Below, one piece after another: positions 21,479 through 25,889 of a DNA stretch of 25,889 nt. The first letter of the stretch is position 1. Each line of letters begins with the position of its first letter. The stretch spans positions 1 through 25,889 of the forward strand of contig NIVC01001714.1 of the NCBI GenBank assembly GCA_002269645.1, written 5' to 3'. Source of the DNA: Macrostomum lignano (lineage: Eukaryota). The notes under the pieces were generated by a model. That model did no database searches. It saw only the letters and a list, made by a program, of their open reading frames with translations, and was not told the DNA's origin. Both the position numbers and the translations under genes were made by a program.

Positions 21479-22655
21479 GCCGGATGTCAGTTAAATTAAA
21501 CAATCAACTGTGTGTTAGTTGGCATATTGACTAACTGTTTTTAAACACTTGTTGTAGCTAACTGCCAGTGATCCAGTGACCATGCAGTGCTACAGTAGCT
21601 GCTGATAAAGAACTGTTTTATGGCTCACTCAGAGTCAGTAGTGCATGCAGCAGACGTTCATTAACACGAACGAGTCGGTCGCAGCTCGCGACGCGATAAG
21701 AAAGAATTACATGCGCTGCGCACAAGAGTTCACACGGCTTTGCTTCGTACAGAAAGCAGCTGGATCGTTAAATAAGGCTTTTTCGTGTATTTCTGCAGAG
21801 GAAGGAGTGGCCGGGGCAGCCCAACCTCTCCGCCTTGCCCTCTCTCTCTGCAAGGCAGTCTTTACTGCTTACACCCAGTGAGTCAGTCGCCGCCTCCAGC
21901 GCGTACACTCCCATGCACCTCTGTCCGCCTCTATCCCCCGCTCCCTACCGCACAGGGCTAGAGAAAAACGCCAAGGGGACGAGAAACGGGACTATTTAAT
22001 TGGTGCCTCTAGGCCAGTCTAGGGTTTTATGGCATTGGGGTGACAGGCTGTGCAGCAGAATGTACTGCATTAGGGATTTTGTCAATTGTTTTACCTGTTC
22101 CGTCGGATGATCAAGGGATTGCATTCAGCAGAGGTTGCTTTGGACTGAAGCTTTTCATCTTCCGGGCCACGTGCGGGGTTTCTTTAGTCAACTTCAGGTA
22201 AAAAAGCATCAATTAGTCCAAGTCTAAGTCTGCTATCTATACAAAGATGAACCCGGTCAGTTGGCGAACCTCAGAACTTTACATATACTCAATTCAGGTA
22301 TTTCTCTACAGTCTAGAGTCTGAGTATGCTGATTAAAATTGTTTGCATTTTGCCGGAAAGAAATTACGCCAAATCTACCCCAGTGTGCAGGCATCGCCAA
22401 GTAGTTAAATTCAACAAGCGAGAGGAGTCGGACAATTTTTACCTTGAATAATATTGGTTAAAAGTAAACGCGTTCGCGATTAAATAGCGTCGGAAAATTA
22501 ATTCATTCAGTTTGGCAAAATTAGAAATTGATCAATTTAACAAAGAAAACCGCTTTTTTAGTAAGCAAAAAGTGTAAAAAGTAATTTGTGTAGCCAAAAA
22601 TTTCTAGTAAAAAATGAGCAGGTAAAACGGCAAACTGGATTACTTCTGAAACAGC

Positions 22656-24071
22656 TACAAGCGTAGGAACGGGGGGACAGTGGGGCTATGGCCCCCCACT
22701 TTTTAAAATGTTTAAACGTAAAATGTAGACTTTTTGTTTATTTTTGTTTTTTGCTGCTTTGCATGAATGCATTTTGCTGCAGGGCGACAAAACATAGCAC
22801 CTGCGGCGCTAAAATGAGTGCCTGCGGCGCTAAAATGAGTGCCTGCGGCGCTAAAATGAGTGCCTGCGGCGCTAAAATGAGTGCCTGCGGTGCTTAAATG
22901 AGTGCCTGCGGCGCTAAAATGAGTGCCTGCGGTGCTAAAATGAGTGTCTGTGGCGCTAAAATGAGTGCCTGCGGTGCTTAAATGAGTGCCTGTGACGCTA
23001 AAATGAGTGCCTGCGGCGCTAAAATGAGTGCCTGCGGCGCTAAAATGAGTGCCTGCGGCGCTAAAATGAGTGCCTGTGGTGCTAAAATGAGTGCCTGCGG
23101 CGCTAAAATGAGTGTCTGTGGTGCTAAAATGAGTGTCTGTGGCGCTAAAATGAGTGTCTGTGGCGCTAAAATGAGTGCCTGCGGCGCTAAAATGAGTGCC
23201 TGCGGTGCTTAAATGAGTGCCTGTGGCGCTAAAATGAGTGCCTGCGGCGCTAAAATGAGTGCCTGCGGCGCTAAAATGAGTGCCTGTGGTGCTAAAATGA
23301 GTGCCTGCGGCGCTAAAATGAGTGTCTGTGGCGCTAATATGAGTGTCTGTGGCGCTAAAATGAGTGCCTGCGGCGCTAAAATGAGTGCCTGCGGCGCTAA
23401 AATGAGTGCCTGCGGTGCTTAAATGAGTGCCTGCGGCGCTAAAATGAGTGTCTGTGGTGCTAAAATGAGTGTCTGTGGCGCTAAAATGAGTGTCTGTGGC
23501 GCTAAAATGAGTGCCTGCGGCGCTAAAATGAGTGCCTGCGGTGCTTAAATGAGTGCCTGTGGCGCTAAAATGAGTGCCTGCGGCGCTAAAATGAGTGCCT
23601 GCGGCGCTAAAATGAGTGCCTGTGGTGCTAAAATGAGTGCCTGCGGCGCTAAAATGAGTGCCTGCGGCGCTAAAATGAGTGCCTGCGGCGCTAAAATGAG
23701 CACCTGCGGCGCTAAAATGAGTGCCCGCGGTGCTAAAATGAGTGCCTGCGGTGCTAAAATGAGTGTCTGTGGCGCTAAAATGAGTGTCTGTGGCGCTAAA
23801 ATGAGTGTCTGTGGCGCTAAAATGAGTGTCTGTGGCGCTAAAATGAGTGTCTGTGGCGCTAAAATGAGTGTCTGTGGCGCTAAAATGAGCACCTGCGGCG
23901 CTTTATAAAATGAGTGCTGACAAGACGGATTCTGAAAATAATCGGTACATGATAATGTGCATTTTCCATATATAAAAAATCTAACTCGACAGGGCGTGCG
24001 CCCTGTGCGCACCCCCCAAATCCGCCACTGAACCTGCCCCCCCCACTTTTTGAAACGTTCCTACGCCTATG
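22656..24071. mobile_element. Non-autonomous TIR DNA transposon (MITE-like) with target-site duplication and an internal tandem array
   Basis: Left end TACAAGCGTAGGAAC (22656-22670) versus reverse complement of the right end CATAGGCGTAGGAAC (24057-24071): 12/15 match. Flanking direct repeat GAAACAGC at 22648-22655 and 24072-24079 (extends to 10 nt, GAAACAGCTA). No transposase ORF. Confidence 0.8.
22797..23902. repeat. 21-nt minisatellite (~52 units) inside the MITE-like element
   Basis: Unit GCCTGCGGCGCTAAAATGAGT. Source of the spurious MSACGAK ORFs. Confidence 0.97.
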
Positions 24072-24218
24072 GAAACAGCTAAAAAATGGGTTAAGGAAGT
24101 ATCACGCTGCCAAGTGTTAAAATTTGAGAATTGGCACAGCAGAAAAATACAGACATTTTTGCAAACAAAAATTAATTGGCCACTAAAAAAACTCGAAGAG
24201 CAACAATAAGAAGGGTTG

Positions 24219-24855
24219 CTAGCGCCACATGGTCTGCAGTCGCAGAGCCTGTCTCCATCTGGTCTGGGCGAGACTGGGCCTTGGCAGCCTTGTCCTCGGC
24301 AAATTGCCTAACAGAGTGTTGGCTGTGATGGCTCTCGGCGGGTCGCTGTCGCTGTCGCTGTCACCTTCGCTGCCGCGGTCGCTACCCGCCGGTTGCTGCT
24401 TCAGCTTTGTCAACTCGGACTCGACAATTTTTCTCATCTTCATCAGCATCTTCTCGGCTTCGGTCTCCTGTTTCGGCAGACTCTGCTGCATCAGCCTCAG
24501 CCGGTTATTGCGCAGGCTGAGCGCTTGGAACAGCAGAAACTGCAGCACGACGCGGCGGCTAAAAACGGTCTCGACTTCGTTGACACAGCTGCAGAGGACG
24601 CATCTGGAATGCTGAGTCAGTCTCCGGAGAAGCCTGAGCAGCTTGTAGAATAGATCGAACACGTTGAGTGGCGGCGGAAGACTCGAACGAGTCTGGAACT
24701 CCATAACGAGATCGTGGCGTTCGAACTGCCACAGATCGGTGCTGCGCGAGTCGATGGTCTCGATTGTCTTGCTGAACATGGCGATGATGAGATTCAGCAG
24801 CAAGATCTCCGTGACGATCACGTAGAGAGGCAGGATCAGGTAGGGCACCAGGTAC
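24219..24855 (-). CDS. TRPM-like channel, copy 2 (tandem paralog), last exon
   Basis: Acceptor TGCTAACAG|G at 24856. Reads YLVPYLILPLYVIVTEILLLNLIIAMFSKTIETIDSRS, LWQFER, LPPPLNVF, nearly identical to copy 1, then diverges. Stop TAG 24221-24219. Confidence 0.9.
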
Positions 24856-24939
24856 CTGTTAGCAGGATTTTAGAATATTGGGTAAATAATCCTTAAACTA
24901 AACTCTGAAAATTCTAAATATCCAGTGCCACCAACTCAC

Positions 24940-25305
24940 CGTCCGATTTTGTGCGGACAGTTGCCTTCATTTAGAGTATAATTTTGGTACACATTTTCGC
25001 CACGAATCGTCCCCAATAATGGTATCCAGACTGTACTCCCCAACCATGCTGTAGAAGCAGATCTTGAGCATGCCCAGCAGCACGTGAGTACTGCTGATAC
25101 GAGCCGAGTTCCAGGCCTTGTACCCGTTGGGGTACAGCAAGCTGTGCATCAGCACCCGAATCCCAGGATGAAGATGAACAGAATCAATAGAAATGGCAGC
25201 AGATCCTTGGTGATCATCTGGGCGATCATTCTTAGCTTGGGCCGAGATTCTCCAGCACATTCGAAATGTACAGCAGCCGAATCCAGTAGAGGGTGCAGCA
25301 GATGC
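24940..25305 (-). CDS. TRP copy 2 penultimate exon (S4-pore); three apparent single-base frameshifts
   Basis: Same splice positions as copy 1 exon 3 (acceptor TTGCAG|GC at 25306, donor CG|GTGAGT at 24939). 366 nt versus 367 nt in copy 1. Missing base near 25239-25241, missing base near 25155-25157, extra base near 25000-25001. Sequencing error is favoured but a pseudogene is not excluded. Confidence 0.8.
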
Positions 25306-25394
25306 CTGCAAGAAACAATTAGCAGTTTCCTTTATATACTACTTATAAATAGAACGTTTTTTATCAGTAGTGAAATCAATTCATCTTTGTGGAG

Positions 25395-25745
25395 GTAGAC
25401 ATTGGTAGATTGTGTTTAATGGTTTTTTGAGTTTAACAATGGTAGATTGTGTCTATGGTTCTGTAGTCAGACAATGGTAGATTAAGTCTATGCTTTTGGA
25501 TATAGAAAATGGTAGATTGTGTCTATAGTTTTGGAGGTAGACAATGGTAGATTGTGTCTATGATTTTGGAGGTAGACAATGGTAGATTGTGTCTATAGTT
25601 TTGGAGGTAGACAATGGTAGATTGTGTCTATAGTTTTGGAGGTAGACAATGGTAGATTGTGTCTATGGTTTTGGAGGTAGACAATGGTAGATTGTGTCTA
25701 TAGTTTTGGAGGTAGACAATGGTAGATTGTGTCTATAGTTAAGAG
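25395..25745. repeat. Intronic minisatellite, 35 nt unit (TRP copy 2)
   Basis: Unit TTTTGGAGGTAGACAATGGTAGATTGTGTCTATAG. Confidence 0.95.
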
Positions 25746-25769
25746 TCAAACAATGATTGATTTTCTTAC

Positions 25770-25889
25770 TAAGAAAAATTCTGGCTGAATACCAAGCCGA
25801 GTCCTCGAAGTCTCGCATCATGTCGGACCACTCGCGAGTTGTGGCTTGATCTCTACCAGGCGAATCACAAACCCGTCGCACCTGACAGC
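25770..25889 (-). CDS. TRP copy 2, 3' end of the S3-containing exon (truncated by the window edge)
   Basis: Reads EWSDMMRDFEDSAWYSARIFL versus copy 1 EWSDMMRDFEDKAWYTARISL. Donor A|GTAAG at 25769, same position and phase. Another frameshift near 25833-25844 (GFVIRLVEIK is in a different frame). Confidence 0.82.

Noticed and set aside
22688-24012. MSACGAK and ILAPQAL repeat ORFs
   Set aside because: They are translations of a 21-nt (multiple of 3) minisatellite, broken by recurrent TAA variants and located inside a TIR element.
1223-25745. Tandem arrays as CRISPR arrays
   Set aside because: Units are contiguous with no unique spacers, there are no cas genes, and the context is spliced eukaryotic genes.

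Overview
Eukaryotic (metazoan) genomic DNA with four spliced protein-coding genes and no prokaryotic features. In order: (1) a complete 4-exon procollagen lysyl hydroxylase/glycosyltransferase (PLOD/LH3-type, + strand, ~748 aa after repairing three single-base frameshifts in exon 1); (2) a complete 3-exon equilibrative nucleoside transporter (SLC29/ENT, + strand, 475 aa, with an ENT3-like DQEPLL dileucine motif); (3) a complete 4-exon, 1358-aa TRP channel (- strand) that joins ~6-7 N-terminal ankyrin repeats to a TRPM-type MHR4/transmembrane/TRP-box core; (4) the 3' part of a tandem paralog of that channel (- strand), running off the window end. Exon boundaries were placed by hand using GT-AG sites and phase consistency. 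Most introns are filled with their own minisatellite, which explains most of the supplied repetitive ORFs. The intergenic DNA holds a tRNA-derived SINE-like element, a TIR/TSD-bounded MITE-like element carrying a 21-nt tandem array, and a CCAAT-rich foldback upstream of PLOD. Frameshifts occur only within ~1.1 kb of the two window ends, which suggests long-read consensus errors. The minisatellite-stuffed introns are reminiscent of a free-living flatworm such as Macrostomum (inference only). The most notable item is the ankyrin-TRPM channel pair.
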